IMG/VR virus record: IMGVR_UViG_3300042010_000129
Coordinates: 160,001-224,000 of that record
Origin: a virus
Taxonomy: Duplodnaviria > Caudoviricetes
Length of the DNA: 64,000 bases
Direction: 5' to 3' (one strand)
Positions 35,273-43,629 of this stretch are shown in pieces (position 1 is the first letter of the stretch; the number at the start of each line of letters is the position of its first letter). Below the pieces are notes generated by a model that ran no database searches, was not told where the DNA came from, and saw only the letters and a list, made by a program, of their open reading frames with translations. The position numbers and the translations under genes are program-made.

Positions 35273-35779
35273 TTATTCCTCGCTTTCCGTCTTGATCCGG
35301 GTAATTACGTTCGCATGCGCCGGGTGTTCTACGACCGTGCGCGTGGTGGTGTTTACTGGCGGGTCAATGTCGTAATGTTTTTTCACGTACATTGCTGCCA
35401 CGGCCATAATTGTCTGGCGCATGATTTTCGCGTGATGAACCATGTACGCTTTGTTCTGCGGCAATTCTGCTTCCGCTTCGAATTCGTGCGTGCTGGCTTT
35501 CAGCGTTTTTCCGTCGCGGGAAACGTCGATGCTCATACGCAGATAAGCAGCAACCATCATTGCGTCGGTGCCGTCGTCATACGGCGTAAAGTCGATGGGA
35601 CAAACACCGTTGTAACCGTCCACGTCGATCATGGGCCGGTACAGGCCTTTTACGCCGTTCTCGCCCAGCGGTTCAAACCGTCCGTTGCGGTAAGGCTCAT
35701 AACCCAGCAGACGCGCAAACTGCGCAGTGATTCCGTTGGTTTCGGTTGTCTTGATTACCACCAGACTTACGTTCGACAT
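35273..35779 (-). CDS. Phage hypothetical protein
   Basis: FTPYDDGTDAMMVAAYLRMSID resembles the common phage WNPL.DDGDA.RLA motif. Confidence 0.65.
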   Translation of the reverse strand: MSNVSLVVIKTTETNGITAQFARLLGYEPYRNGRFEPLGENGVKGLYRPMIDVDGYNGVCPIDFTPYDDGTDAMMVAAYLRMSIDVSRDGKTLKASTHEFEAEAELPQNKAYMVHHAKIMRQTIMAVAAMYVKKHYDIDPPVNTTTRTVVEHPAHANVITRIKTESEE

Positions 35780-35936
35780 AAATGATCCTGCATTTCGCTA
35801 GGCCGGAAATTCCGACGCAAATAAAAAACATGGCAGCACCCGCCAACTGCATTTGATACGAAAACGACGGGGCGCCGATTGAAAAACCTAACAAGCAAAT
35901 TGCTAGGTTACGAAACAATAAATGAATCAGCAGCAT
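35697..35936 (-). CDS. Possible small membrane protein
   Basis: Hydrophobic; fills the gap but overlaps downstream gene by 83 nt. Confidence 0.35.
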   Translation of the reverse strand: MLLIHLLFRNLAICLLGFSIGAPSFSYQMQLAGAAMFFICVGISGLAKCRIIYVERKSGGNQDNRNQRNHCAVCASAGL

Positions 35937-36191
35937 TCAGGACTTTGCCACCAAATAATGCTCACAGGTTTTCGGGTTGTACTCGGTGCGCATCGCATTA
36001 TCGACGGCCTCTTCGAAACTCTGCCCGGTGGCGTTCAACCATGCGCCCCGTGGATCATGCCAAACAACGCGGTGTTCTCTGTAAACGCCGCCCCGGTCAA
36101 AATCCACATGCACGCTGGCCCAACGTTCGCGAACCGTCAGCCATTCCATGCGCCGAAGATTTTCCACATCGGTTTTGAATTGATCAGCCAT
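35937..36191 (-). CDS. Hypothetical protein
   Basis: Start re-set to MADQF. Confidence 0.65.
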   Translation of the reverse strand: MADQFKTDVENLRRMEWLTVRERWASVHVDFDRGGVYREHRVVWHDPRGAWLNATGQSFEEAVDNAMRTEYNPKTCEHYLVAKS

Positions 36192-36999
36192 TTTGTTTTT
36201 CCTGTTGTGCTTTGCGGCGACGGTCGAATTCCGGAATGGAGATTTTGCTACCACGGGCCGAGTGCAATGCCGCCAGACGATCCGACAGCACTTTGTGATC
36301 GTGTTCGACCAGTGCAAAGATTGCATCGTCTTCAGCGTCCCACACGGTGCGTTTGTCGCGTTCTACGAAACGGGTCATGTGGTCAAACTTTGCAGAAGCC
36401 TTCGCCAGATCGTCGGGGGTCATTTCCAATTCACGCACAGGGCCGCTTCCAAAGCCGATTTTGGCGGCGACAGGAACCGGGGCCTTAGCTCCGTTAGGAT
36501 CGTACCGCGCCGAGCCGTCAGAGAGTGCGCAGGCGACGCGATACAGCTGCTTGCCTTTCGTGGTCAGTGCCTTGTAATGCTCACGGGTAAAACCGCTGTG
36601 CGTTCCGGCATACACGCCGAAATAAATCGCCAGCATTTCAATTGCGAAATCGAAATCCTTTTCCTTCAATTTGTTGTAATGCTGGCGAGCGGTTTCCCAA
36701 TCGACGGGATCAAGGCCTTCCGCTTTACGGTCAACGTTAAACGCCCACTGAAAGTCACCGACGCCTTTGTACTGACCGATTTCCGCGAACGCAGTAAAAA
36801 CCGGAACGTCGGATTTCTTTTTCGGGCTGCGGGTAATGCACACCACAACCTTCGTCGCCTGTAAATTCACCGACGCCACAACGTCATTAGAATTAGGGGC
36901 GTAGACTGTGAGGAATTTTTCACCGAACTCCAAATCTTTGGCAAGCGAGAATTTCAGTTTGTGGTTAGGGAACAATGCGCGGGCGTCAGTCTGTTTCAT
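36184..36999 (-). CDS. Hypothetical protein
   Basis: 271 aa; AAGGA SD; first gene after hairpin element. Confidence 0.75.
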   Translation of the reverse strand: MKQTDARALFPNHKLKFSLAKDLEFGEKFLTVYAPNSNDVVASVNLQATKVVVCITRSPKKKSDVPVFTAFAEIGQYKGVGDFQWAFNVDRKAEGLDPVDWETARQHYNKLKEKDFDFAIEMLAIYFGVYAGTHSGFTREHYKALTTKGKQLYRVACALSDGSARYDPNGAKAPVPVAAKIGFGSGPVRELEMTPDDLAKASAKFDHMTRFVERDKRTVWDAEDDAIFALVEHDHKVLSDRLAALHSARGSKISIPEFDRRRKAQQEKQNG

Positions 37000-37045
37000 G
37001 ATTTAATTCCTTTACGGTTAGGATTGTGGCTGCTGATTTATCTGC

Positions 37046-37071
37046 AATGCGCACCAATCTAGATGCGCATT
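37046..37071 (-). promoter_or_regulatory. Conserved-loop hairpin element (copy 2 of 4)
   Basis: aatgcgca-ccaatctaga-tgcgcatt. Confidence 0.6.
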
Positions 37072-37075
37072 AAAG

Positions 37076-37474
37076 TTAATCGACAGGGTGAAAGTGATTC
37101 CACTCGGCTTGTTCCTGCGAGCGTTCCCACTGTGCCATTGCTTCGGCGCTGCATTCATGACAATCAGAAAACTCAATGTCATGTTTGCAATATTCCGTCT
37201 GGTCGCATTCTACATCCATGCGCCGTTCGTGTTCTTCTTCGCAATCTGCACAGCCTTCGCCGTATGGGAAACCATGCGAGCATTTCGGCGGCGGGCTGCA
37301 AATTTCACAGCCGTTGATTTCCTCGCCGTGCTGGCAGTTATTGCAGTGGTCACAGCCTGTGCATTTATTGCTTTCGCAATTCTTGTACAGGGCATTCGAC
37401 ATTACCGCTTCGATTTCATCTTCGAGCGTACACACGTTGCACAGGCCACACGGGTTTTCGTTCGTGCATTCCAT
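37076..37474 (-). CDS. Cys-rich acidic metal-binding protein
   Basis: About 18 Cys in 132 aa; CxxCxxC and three CxH-x5-7-CxxC units; GGAGG SD. Confidence 0.7.
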   Translation of the reverse strand: MECTNENPCGLCNVCTLEDEIEAVMSNALYKNCESNKCTGCDHCNNCQHGEEINGCEICSPPPKCSHGFPYGEGCADCEEEHERRMDVECDQTEYCKHDIEFSDCHECSAEAMAQWERSQEQAEWNHFHPVD

Positions 37475-37494
37475 TACATAAACCTCCGGGTGAA

Positions 37495-37516
37495 GGGGCA
37501 CCGTTTCAGATGCCCC
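37495..37516 (-). promoter_or_regulatory. Conserved-loop hairpin element (copy 3 of 4)
   Basis: ggggca-ccgtttcaga-tgcccc. Confidence 0.55.
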
Positions 37517-37523
37517 CGGTTAA

Positions 37524-38105
37524 TTATTCGCTGACCTTTACCATTTTCAGGAGAACCGGCGCCAGCGGAACGATGGTGAAGTCAGTCGCGAATTTTTCCG
37601 CGAATGTTTGGCCGACCTGAAACGCGCCGTGCAACATATTCGGCGCCCATACCTGAAGCTGACATTCCTTTTCTTCAGGCGTGCCGGGATCGAACGTGAC
37701 GGCGAAATTGAAATCACGACCTTCCGGCGTCGGTGCGTCGGAATATTCGATACCGTCATCTTCCTTTTCTTCGACCGTGGGCGCGGTGCCTTCTACTTCG
37801 TCACACCAGTGCTGGATATCGTTCCATGCAGTCACCAGCAGCAGATAAACCGGATCGACGAATTCAGCAGGCACCACGCTTGCCACGGCTTCGCGCTCGT
37901 TCATGGTGTAGAACCGGGAGTGATCAACGATGCAGTAGTGCGTCGGTTCACCACGGGCCGCACATTCGGCGCGCTTGATATCCATCGCGGCGCTAGCAGC
38001 GTCAGAGGCCGCTTTGTCGAATGAATTTTCGCGTGCTGCCATTGATGCGCGAATCCATTTTGCGAATTGTACTTTGTCCATTTTCATACTTTCCTTTCTG
38101 TCCAT
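37524..38105 (-). CDS. Hypothetical acidic two-domain protein
   Basis: GAGGAAGTGAAAG RBS. Confidence 0.7.
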   Translation of the reverse strand: MDRKESMKMDKVQFAKWIRASMAARENSFDKAASDAASAAMDIKRAECAARGEPTHYCIVDHSRFYTMNEREAVASVVPAEFVDPVYLLLVTAWNDIQHWCDEVEGTAPTVEEKEDDGIEYSDAPTPEGRDFNFAVTFDPGTPEEKECQLQVWAPNMLHGAFQVGQTFAEKFATDFTIVPLAPVLLKMVKVSE

Positions 38106-38120
38106 CTTTCACTTCCTCAG

Positions 38121-38315
38121 TTAAAAACGAGTGCCGACCAGTTTTGCAATAAGCGCTGGCGGGCTAATGGTTACGGTCAGCTTGCAGTAACCGCAATCGA
38201 CTTTCCACGTTGGCGGCATTGTGTGCTGCTCGCGAAAATCGCTTTCGTCACCTTGGCACGTCGCCCCGCATTTGGGGCAGGTGAAAATTAAAGGCGGTGC
38301 GGATAAAACTTTCAT
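38121..38315 (-). CDS. Zinc-ribbon protein
   Basis: CPKCG ... CGYC. Confidence 0.7.
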   Translation of the reverse strand: MKVLSAPPLIFTCPKCGATCQGDESDFREQHTMPPTWKVDCGYCKLTVTISPPALIAKLVGTRF

Positions 38316-38317
38316 TG

Positions 38318-38479
38318 CTACCTCACTTGGCCCCAGCGGTCACGAACCCTGTCGTGCCGTTTCGGTTCGCGTTTCAGTTTTTCAATTTGTTCCTGCTTGC
38401 GTTGTTCCCGCAAGTGTTCAGCAAATTGCTGGTCGGCCCTGTCGCGCTGTTCTTGGCGCATGTTGTCGTGCCAGAACAT
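38318..38479 (-). CDS. 53-aa charged peptide (not in ORF track)
   Basis: MFWHDNMRQEQRDRADQQFAEHLREQRKQEQIEKLKREPKRHDRVRDRWGQVR; GAGGG SD. Confidence 0.6.
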   Translation of the reverse strand: MFWHDNMRQEQRDRADQQFAEHLREQRKQEQIEKLKREPKRHDRVRDRWGQVR

Positions 38480-38481
38480 AA

Positions 38482-39720
38482 TTAAACCCTCGATGTGATA
38501 ATTGCAAAGTCACTCGGATTCAAATCTGTGTTCTGTGCAAATTTAACCAGTTCGGTAAAACCGAATCGGCCCGCCAGTTCGTCGATGATTTCGATCCGGC
38601 GTTTCAGGCCCGACAATTCGTAAACTGCGGAGTCTTCCAAATCGTGACGGCCTGTACCCACTACAGTATTGAACAGGGCCACCAGACCGGGCGTGGAAAG
38701 ATCCGACAGCTTATCCACGGTTTCATCGTCTGGCTCTGCGTAGATTTCTTCGTCGTCGAATGAGTCCGGTTCTTCCTCTTCGTCGTCTTCCGGGTCACGG
38801 AAAGAAGAACCGATGCTGTAGCAACTGCGGCGGCACGGATGAACCGATCCGAGCATTTCGTGAAACACACGCAGCACGTCAGATTGAGCATGCGCCACGA
38901 CGTTTTCACTTTCGTAAATGTCGAAAACCCGATCAGCGATTTTCAATTCGAACGCGCTTTGCAAACTGAACAATTGCTGCGTCGTGTCTTTGCCGTTGTA
39001 CAGGTGCTGCATATACCGCAGCGATTTTTTCACGCAGGCCACATAACGCACGATTACAGAAACCAGCCATTCGTCTAGGCGCTTTGGCATTGCAGCGCCA
39101 GCCAACCGCGCCATATCGCACAGGGCCAGAATATGCGACTCGGAACCGACGTTGTGATCAATCACCAGCATTTCACCGACGTACAAACGGAAGCCGTTAA
39201 AGCCTTCGCTGATTTCCACGACAGCGCGGGCGAACGTGGTAGAAGTCGGCACGTTGCACAGGTGTACTGCGCCATCGCTGTGAATCTGCATAACGAAACC
39301 GGCAGTAGCTTTTGTGGGCGCCAATTTCTTTTCGAGGTCGCCCATGATCAGCGACAGATTGTGCGGACGGCTGTTTTGGAATCTAACCGGCTCGCCCATT
39401 TCCTTTGCCATTTTCACCACAACCTTTTTCGGTTGGGCTGCAAGCGGCGCCGAATCCATCGGTTCATGATTCGCGATATACATTTCGATATCCGCGACTG
39501 TTTTCCAACCACTCGAACCGCCGCCCGGAATTTCGATTTCGAATTCCTCTTCAAGATCCATGACGATTTCGCCAAGATCCATTGAGTCGATTTTCAGGGA
39601 ATGTCTGAGCGTGTCTGCCGAATCAATCGGGTGCCCGATTTTCATGCCCATGTGATCAGTAATGACGCGGCGGATGCGATTCATTTGATCAGCAGAAACT
39701 TTCTTGTTCGACTTAGCCAT
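38482..39720 (-). CDS. N-terminal acyl-carrier-protein domain fused to an unknown domain
   Basis: SLKIDSMDLGEIVMDLEEEFEIEIP...KTVADIEMYI aligns to ACP with an intact DS motif (S46); acidic tract near C-terminus. Confidence 0.8.
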   Translation of the reverse strand: MAKSNKKVSADQMNRIRRVITDHMGMKIGHPIDSADTLRHSLKIDSMDLGEIVMDLEEEFEIEIPGGGSSGWKTVADIEMYIANHEPMDSAPLAAQPKKVVVKMAKEMGEPVRFQNSRPHNLSLIMGDLEKKLAPTKATAGFVMQIHSDGAVHLCNVPTSTTFARAVVEISEGFNGFRLYVGEMLVIDHNVGSESHILALCDMARLAGAAMPKRLDEWLVSVIVRYVACVKKSLRYMQHLYNGKDTTQQLFSLQSAFELKIADRVFDIYESENVVAHAQSDVLRVFHEMLGSVHPCRRSCYSIGSSFRDPEDDEEEEPDSFDDEEIYAEPDDETVDKLSDLSTPGLVALFNTVVGTGRHDLEDSAVYELSGLKRRIEIIDELAGRFGFTELVKFAQNTDLNPSDFAIITSRV

Positions 39721-39728
39721 GGTGCGAA

Positions 39729-39784
39729 TTCCTTGATAAAGGTCAGTTTGATTTACTACTGACAAAACCCGCACATGGCGGGCT
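39729..39784 (-). repeat. Hairpin+RBS intergenic repeat (family A)
   Basis: 52/56 identical to 53539-53594; cccgc-acatg-gcggg hairpin; TTTATCAAGGAA RBS. Confidence 0.85.
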
Positions 39785-39801
39785 TGTCTTTGTGGTGGGA
39801 A

Positions 39802-40266
39802 TTAATCCTCCCTGAACTGGCCGCGAATATCGCACGGCATGTACAGGGTGCGTTTCTCGCCTTTGTCGTCCGTCACCTTTTTAGCGCGGAGAACTTTGTA
39901 CGGGTCGAGGCCGTACACGAAATTGTCAACGCGGTAATGAATGCGCGCCCATGCAGAACCCGGCGAATATTCTTCCCACGCCACAATCGCGTCACGCAGC
40001 GATGCAAAGTCGTCGCTGTATTTGCAACTTTCCTCGCCGTCGCTTTCGTACTTGCCGGTAACGACGCCGTAAGGAAAAGCAGCGTCTGCAAATTGCGCCA
40101 GCGTTTCGGCAGGCAACGCATTGTGACGGCTCGCCAAGTCGATCAACTTTTTGAGGTATTCGGTTTCCGTTACCAAACCATCCTGCAATTGCGTGTGCAG
40201 TTGGTTTGCTTCGGCGCCAGTGGCGATATTGAATTGCAGAACGGCCAACAGGTTCAGGTTGAACAT
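39802..40266 (-). CDS. Hypothetical protein, first gene after sigma70 promoter
   Basis: GAGGAAG SD within leader box. Confidence 0.75.
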   Translation of the reverse strand: MFNLNLLAVLQFNIATGAEANQLHTQLQDGLVTETEYLKKLIDLASRHNALPAETLAQFADAAFPYGVVTGKYESDGEESCKYSDDFASLRDAIVAWEEYSPGSAWARIHYRVDNFVYGLDPYKVLRAKKVTDDKGEKRTLYMPCDIRGQFRED

Positions 40267-40270
40267 TTTT

Positions 40271-40357
40271 AACTTCCTCTATTGCGTGAGTGTGTGAATC
40301 GTGGGCGCAACTTGCCCGACTGGATTTCATTGTACCTATGCACCGACGAACGGTCAA
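40271..40357 (-). promoter_or_regulatory. sigma70 promoter with exact AlgR core site plus 22-nt leader box
   Basis: TTGACC(40357-40352)-17 nt-TACAAT(40334-40329); ACCGTTCGTC at 40354-40345; leader box 40271-40292. Confidence 0.85.
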
Positions 40358-40361
40358 CAAA

Positions 40362-40384
40362 CGAAAACAGCCCCTACAGGGGCC
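40362..40384 (-). terminator. Probable intrinsic terminator upstream of promoter
   Basis: GCCCC-UGUA-GGGGC followed by UGUUUUCG. Confidence 0.5.
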
Positions 40385-40730
40385 GCTTGCACTCGCTACA
40401 GCATCGTTTGAGCTTGAGGCCGATTCGACCTTGCGCCCATTGCAGGAACAGCCCTTTACGCTCGCCAAGGCCCGATAGCACTTCCGTTGTGTCGTGGGTT
40501 GCACTGGCGGCAACAGCGAGCGCCTTTGCTTCGTCAGCAGTCACCGGGTCAGGGCGCAACACAACGTCGGCGTTTGCGCGGGCCTTTGCATCGGCGCGCA
40601 ATCGTTCCATTGTCGCGGCTGCTGATTTGTACCCGTAACGTTTCAGGTCATCAATGCAGCGCGCCAACTGGTAAGCCGAGATTTCGTGAATCACTGCGTA
40701 ATCGTGAATTGTCGAGAAATAATATTTCAC
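40374..40730 (-). CDS. Hypothetical protein with C-terminal CxxC
   Basis: 118-aa ORF. Confidence 0.65.
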   Translation of the reverse strand: MKYYFSTIHDYAVIHEISAYQLARCIDDLKRYGYKSAAATMERLRADAKARANADVVLRPDPVTADEAKALAVAASATHDTTEVLSGLGERKGLFLQWAQGRIGLKLKRCCSECKRPL

Positions 40731-41416
40731 GCCGCCTCCTTTGGAATTTTGAAAGCCAGATGGTCACTGCCAATCCACGTGCCGTTCGTGGCCGACAGAT
40801 ATTCGATGGTGTTGTATTTGCCGTCGATCAACTGGCGCGGATTTACCACCACGACATAATCTAGGCCGGGCATGTAATAGTTTACAGTTTTGAACATCCG
40901 CTGAAGGTCGAAGCCGAGAACGGATTCCATGACCGGCGATTCTGGATAAAGAAACATCACCCGGTAAAATCCATCCTGCCCCAAAATGCCGGGCAGCGTA
41001 GCAATCGAACAATCCAGCGTTTCGTTTACTTGCAGGTCTACGCCATCCTTTAAAACGTCGAGGCGCATAATCGTGCGACCGTTGCGAAGTGCGGTTGCCA
41101 ATTGATCAAGCCACGGCTCGTTTTGTGTCACGGTGTTGTGCGTGCCGGTGCGATAGTGGAATGACATATCAGGACTGCGCAGCGTCACGCGGTAATCGTT
41201 ATGTTCCATCCATGCACAGAAAATGTGCCGGGGCGCTTTGGCCCAAATTGGCGCCGTGTCGATTCCGTACAATTTCGCAATACGCAGATGCGCACGGAAA
41301 CCAAACAGCGCAGCAACCAAACCCAGCAACGCAGGCAGCACATATTTAATGAAAACGAAAAGCAGGGCAGCAGTGCCCAAAACTTTTAGGATCGTGGACA
41401 TAATCTCGGTGGTCAT
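40727..41416 (-). CDS. Membrane-anchored protein
   Basis: N-terminal double hydrophobic segment. Confidence 0.7.
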   Translation of the reverse strand: MTTEIMSTILKVLGTAALLFVFIKYVLPALLGLVAALFGFRAHLRIAKLYGIDTAPIWAKAPRHIFCAWMEHNDYRVTLRSPDMSFHYRTGTHNTVTQNEPWLDQLATALRNGRTIMRLDVLKDGVDLQVNETLDCSIATLPGILGQDGFYRVMFLYPESPVMESVLGFDLQRMFKTVNYYMPGLDYVVVVNPRQLIDGKYNTIEYLSATNGTWIGSDHLAFKIPKEAA

Positions 41417-41454
41417 CTTCTACTTCCTCAGTTGTGAATCGGATTTCATCCCGT

Positions 41455-41480
41455 TGCACACTCTAGCCTCAGAATGTGCA
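41455..41480 (-). promoter_or_regulatory. Inverted repeat around a -10-like TAGAGT
   Basis: tgcaca-N14-tgtgca, intergenic. Confidence 0.35.
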
Positions 41481-41487
41481 GCAGTGA

Positions 41488-41940
41488 TTAGTCCAACACG
41501 ATGGCTTTAATGTACCAGTCCGGCGCCGAAGCGGCGTTGTTGTATTTCAGGTTGTACGCAACACACCACGCATCACGTTCTTCTGCCGTGTCGAATTCCA
41601 ACAGGTCGTCGCGCTTGTTGCCCCAGCCGCGTTCGAATTCCCGCGTTTCCGCGTAGAATTTTCCAGCGGTGCGTTCCGTCACAACTTTACGCGTGCCGGG
41701 AGTTTCCAGAATCGAAACCGGGGCGGGAATGGTCGCCACTACCGAAGCTTCGTCCTTTTCTTTGTCGAGCATGGATTGCGTTTTAAAAGCATCCCATTCT
41801 TTTTCCTCGACCACGCGGGCGCCGCTGTTGATTTCTTTTACGGCGTCGTCAGGCCACAGAATGGATTTCGCTTTGGTCACATCGTTGACCAGCAGCACCA
41901 TACCTTTGAACGTGCCTTTTTTAATCGTGTTGAGGGTCAT
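41488..41940 (-). CDS. Hypothetical two-domain protein
   Basis: 150-aa ORF. Confidence 0.7.
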   Translation of the reverse strand: MTLNTIKKGTFKGMVLLVNDVTKAKSILWPDDAVKEINSGARVVEEKEWDAFKTQSMLDKEKDEASVVATIPAPVSILETPGTRKVVTERTAGKFYAETREFERGWGNKRDDLLEFDTAEERDAWCVAYNLKYNNAASAPDWYIKAIVLD

Positions 41941-42142
41941 GGCGTTTCTCCTTCGGTTTTAATTTCCGTGCGTGCTGCATGTGTGCCACACGGTCAATTT
42001 TATATTCGTAAGCGGCCATCAGAAAACCGTTACGCATGGCGTTTAAGAAATGACGCTGTGAATAACGCGCCCAGTCAACAGCACTTTGAAAACTTTGTGC
42101 CTCGACAAATTCCGCGTCGGCCACATAATCAGTTTTGTACAT
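41921..42142 (-). CDS. Small hypothetical protein
   Basis: 73-aa ORF. Confidence 0.55.
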   Translation of the reverse strand: MYKTDYVADAEFVEAQSFQSAVDWARYSQRHFLNAMRNGFLMAAYEYKIDRVAHMQHARKLKPKEKRHDPQHD

Positions 42143-42389
42143 GACTCAGAGCCTTCCGCTTGAACGGGGTTTCCGCGTCCTGCGAGTTGAACCATTCCAG
42201 CAGAGCGGAACGGCGGTAACGCCCCACAATGACGACAGAGCCAAAGCGGGAATCAATGCGGCCTGTTTGCGTCTGACTTGCGGAGTCAGGAACAGGAACC
42301 AATTTTGCGCGCTCACGCAAAGCGCTTTCGGTTACGTGAGTGTGACCGGCCAAATCTTTAAGTGACCACAAAGGTTCGCGTGCTTTCAT
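42129..42389 (-). CDS. AlpA/excisionase-like winged-HTH protein
   Basis: LWSLKDLAGHTHVTESALRER ... YRRSALLEWF. Confidence 0.55.
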   Translation of the reverse strand: MKAREPLWSLKDLAGHTHVTESALRERAKLVPVPDSASQTQTGRIDSRFGSVVIVGRYRRSALLEWFNSQDAETPFKRKALSHVQN

Positions 42390-42775
42390 ATATCTGCGTC
42401 CATAGCTGCTTTACGTTTTGCCGCCGCTTGCTGTGCGTTCCACTTCTTGCCAGCAGCGCGGGTAAATGTCTTGCGGAAACTCCAGCGGAAAATGCCGCTC
42501 CAGCTTGATTCGTTGTTGCTGGTGTTCTCGACGCCCGAATTAAGCAGGCCCCATACAAACAAATCCACGAACACCGCACGCACGAAACGCTTGAACACAC
42601 GCCACATGGAAATGCCGCATTTGTAGAACACGACAGTTTCATACAGGCCGTAACTCAAACCGCGTAGCAACGGGCGAGCCGCAATAAAAGTCATAACTGG
42701 CAAAATCACAAAGCCCGTCATAAAGCAGGCCGCGATGTACCAGTGCGGAAACCAACCCAAAAATGATTCCATCAT
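42386..42775 (-). CDS. Membrane protein
   Basis: Hydrophobic N-terminal segments. Confidence 0.65.
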   Translation of the reverse strand: MMESFLGWFPHWYIAACFMTGFVILPVMTFIAARPLLRGLSYGLYETVVFYKCGISMWRVFKRFVRAVFVDLFVWGLLNSGVENTSNNESSWSGIFRWSFRKTFTRAAGKKWNAQQAAAKRKAAMDADI

Positions 42776-43005
42776 GTCTTAATCCCCACAGTGTGTTGAA
42801 CGACCGCGTATTCCGGTTCAGGATTTGCGCGAGTTGGATTTTGGTAGGCAGTTACACGCCCCCAGTAATTTTCCCCGAAATAATCACGCGCTTCAGGATC
42901 GTCCTGAAACACAAAATCGTATTCGAGGGTAAAACCGTCTTCGTCAAAATGCAGTGCAACGTAAGTCGAATCGCCGTGGCGCCCGACCGAGAAATTATTG
43001 AACAT
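42772..43005 (-). CDS. Small acidic protein
   Basis: 77-aa ORF. Confidence 0.65.
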   Translation of the reverse strand: MFNNFSVGRHGDSTYVALHFDEDGFTLEYDFVFQDDPEARDYFGENYWGRVTAYQNPTRANPEPEYAVVQHTVGIKT

Positions 43006-43008
43006 GAT

Positions 43009-43221
43009 TTATTCCACCATTGATTGACAGGTCGTACAGCGCTGCGTGCGTGGAAAGATTTCCAAGCGTGCAGGAAGTATCGGTCTGTCGCAGTCTATGC
43101 AATCGGTGCGCGGTTCCCCTTCTGACGCTTCGAGGTTAATCCGTGCCCGCCTAATTTCGAGGGCGATAATGTTTTCACTTTCTTTTTCCGTGTCGCCCTC
43201 ACGCGCCCAACCTACAGCCAT
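43009..43221 (-). CDS. TraR/DksA C4-type zinc-finger protein (YbiI-like)
   Basis: MAVGWA...IRRAR...CIDCDRPILPARLEIFPRTQRCTTCQ matches the YbiI/TraR pattern. Confidence 0.85.
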   Translation of the reverse strand: MAVGWAREGDTEKESENIIALEIRRARINLEASEGEPRTDCIDCDRPILPARLEIFPRTQRCTTCQSMVE

Positions 43222-43279
43222 TTATTTGCCTCCCGTGTTTCATCCTGTTACGCACTCCCAAAGAAATGCGCACCAGCGA

Positions 43280-43552
43280 TTATTCCACCTTGAGTTCCAG
43301 ATGCAGCAGACCTTCCGCTTTCAGCACTTGCGCGAATTCGTGTTCGCCAATGCCTACGTGTTTGCGGGAACCATGAACGGTGGTCAGAATAAAATAATCG
43401 TCATCGTCCACGGTGAACGTGCAGATCAAAACGTTTTTACCGCCCAACACAGTTTCCACGCTGAACAGCCGAGCGTTCGCAAACTGGTTAACGTGTGCCA
43501 CGTGATGCTCGGCAGAGAAAAAACCTTTTATGGTTGAGACAGAGTTGAACAT
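43280..43552 (-). CDS. Hypothetical protein
   Basis: GAGGA SD. Confidence 0.7.
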   Translation of the reverse strand: MFNSVSTIKGFFSAEHHVAHVNQFANARLFSVETVLGGKNVLICTFTVDDDDYFILTTVHGSRKHVGIGEHEFAQVLKAEGLLHLELKVE

Positions 43553-43588
43553 TTTTAAATCCTCGTTGGGGCGTCAGTTTCGTCACGC

Positions 43589-43616
43589 CTGCGCACCCAT
43601 GTAAGCCGATGCGCAG
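43589..43616 (-). promoter_or_regulatory. Inverted repeat, intergenic
   Basis: ctgcgca-N14-tgcgcag; shares GCACC...GATGC ends with the hairpin family. Confidence 0.4.
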
Positions 43617-43629
43617 AATCAACTAGCTG

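Noticed and set aside
37046-37080. AlgU/sigmaE promoter reading (TAACTT...TCTAG) of the hairpin elements
   Set aside because: Spacing is about 9 nt rather than 16-17, and the -35 is not conserved across copies.
42129-42389. Prophage excision module
   Set aside because: Only an AlpA/Xis-like HTH; no integrase or att-like repeat in the window.
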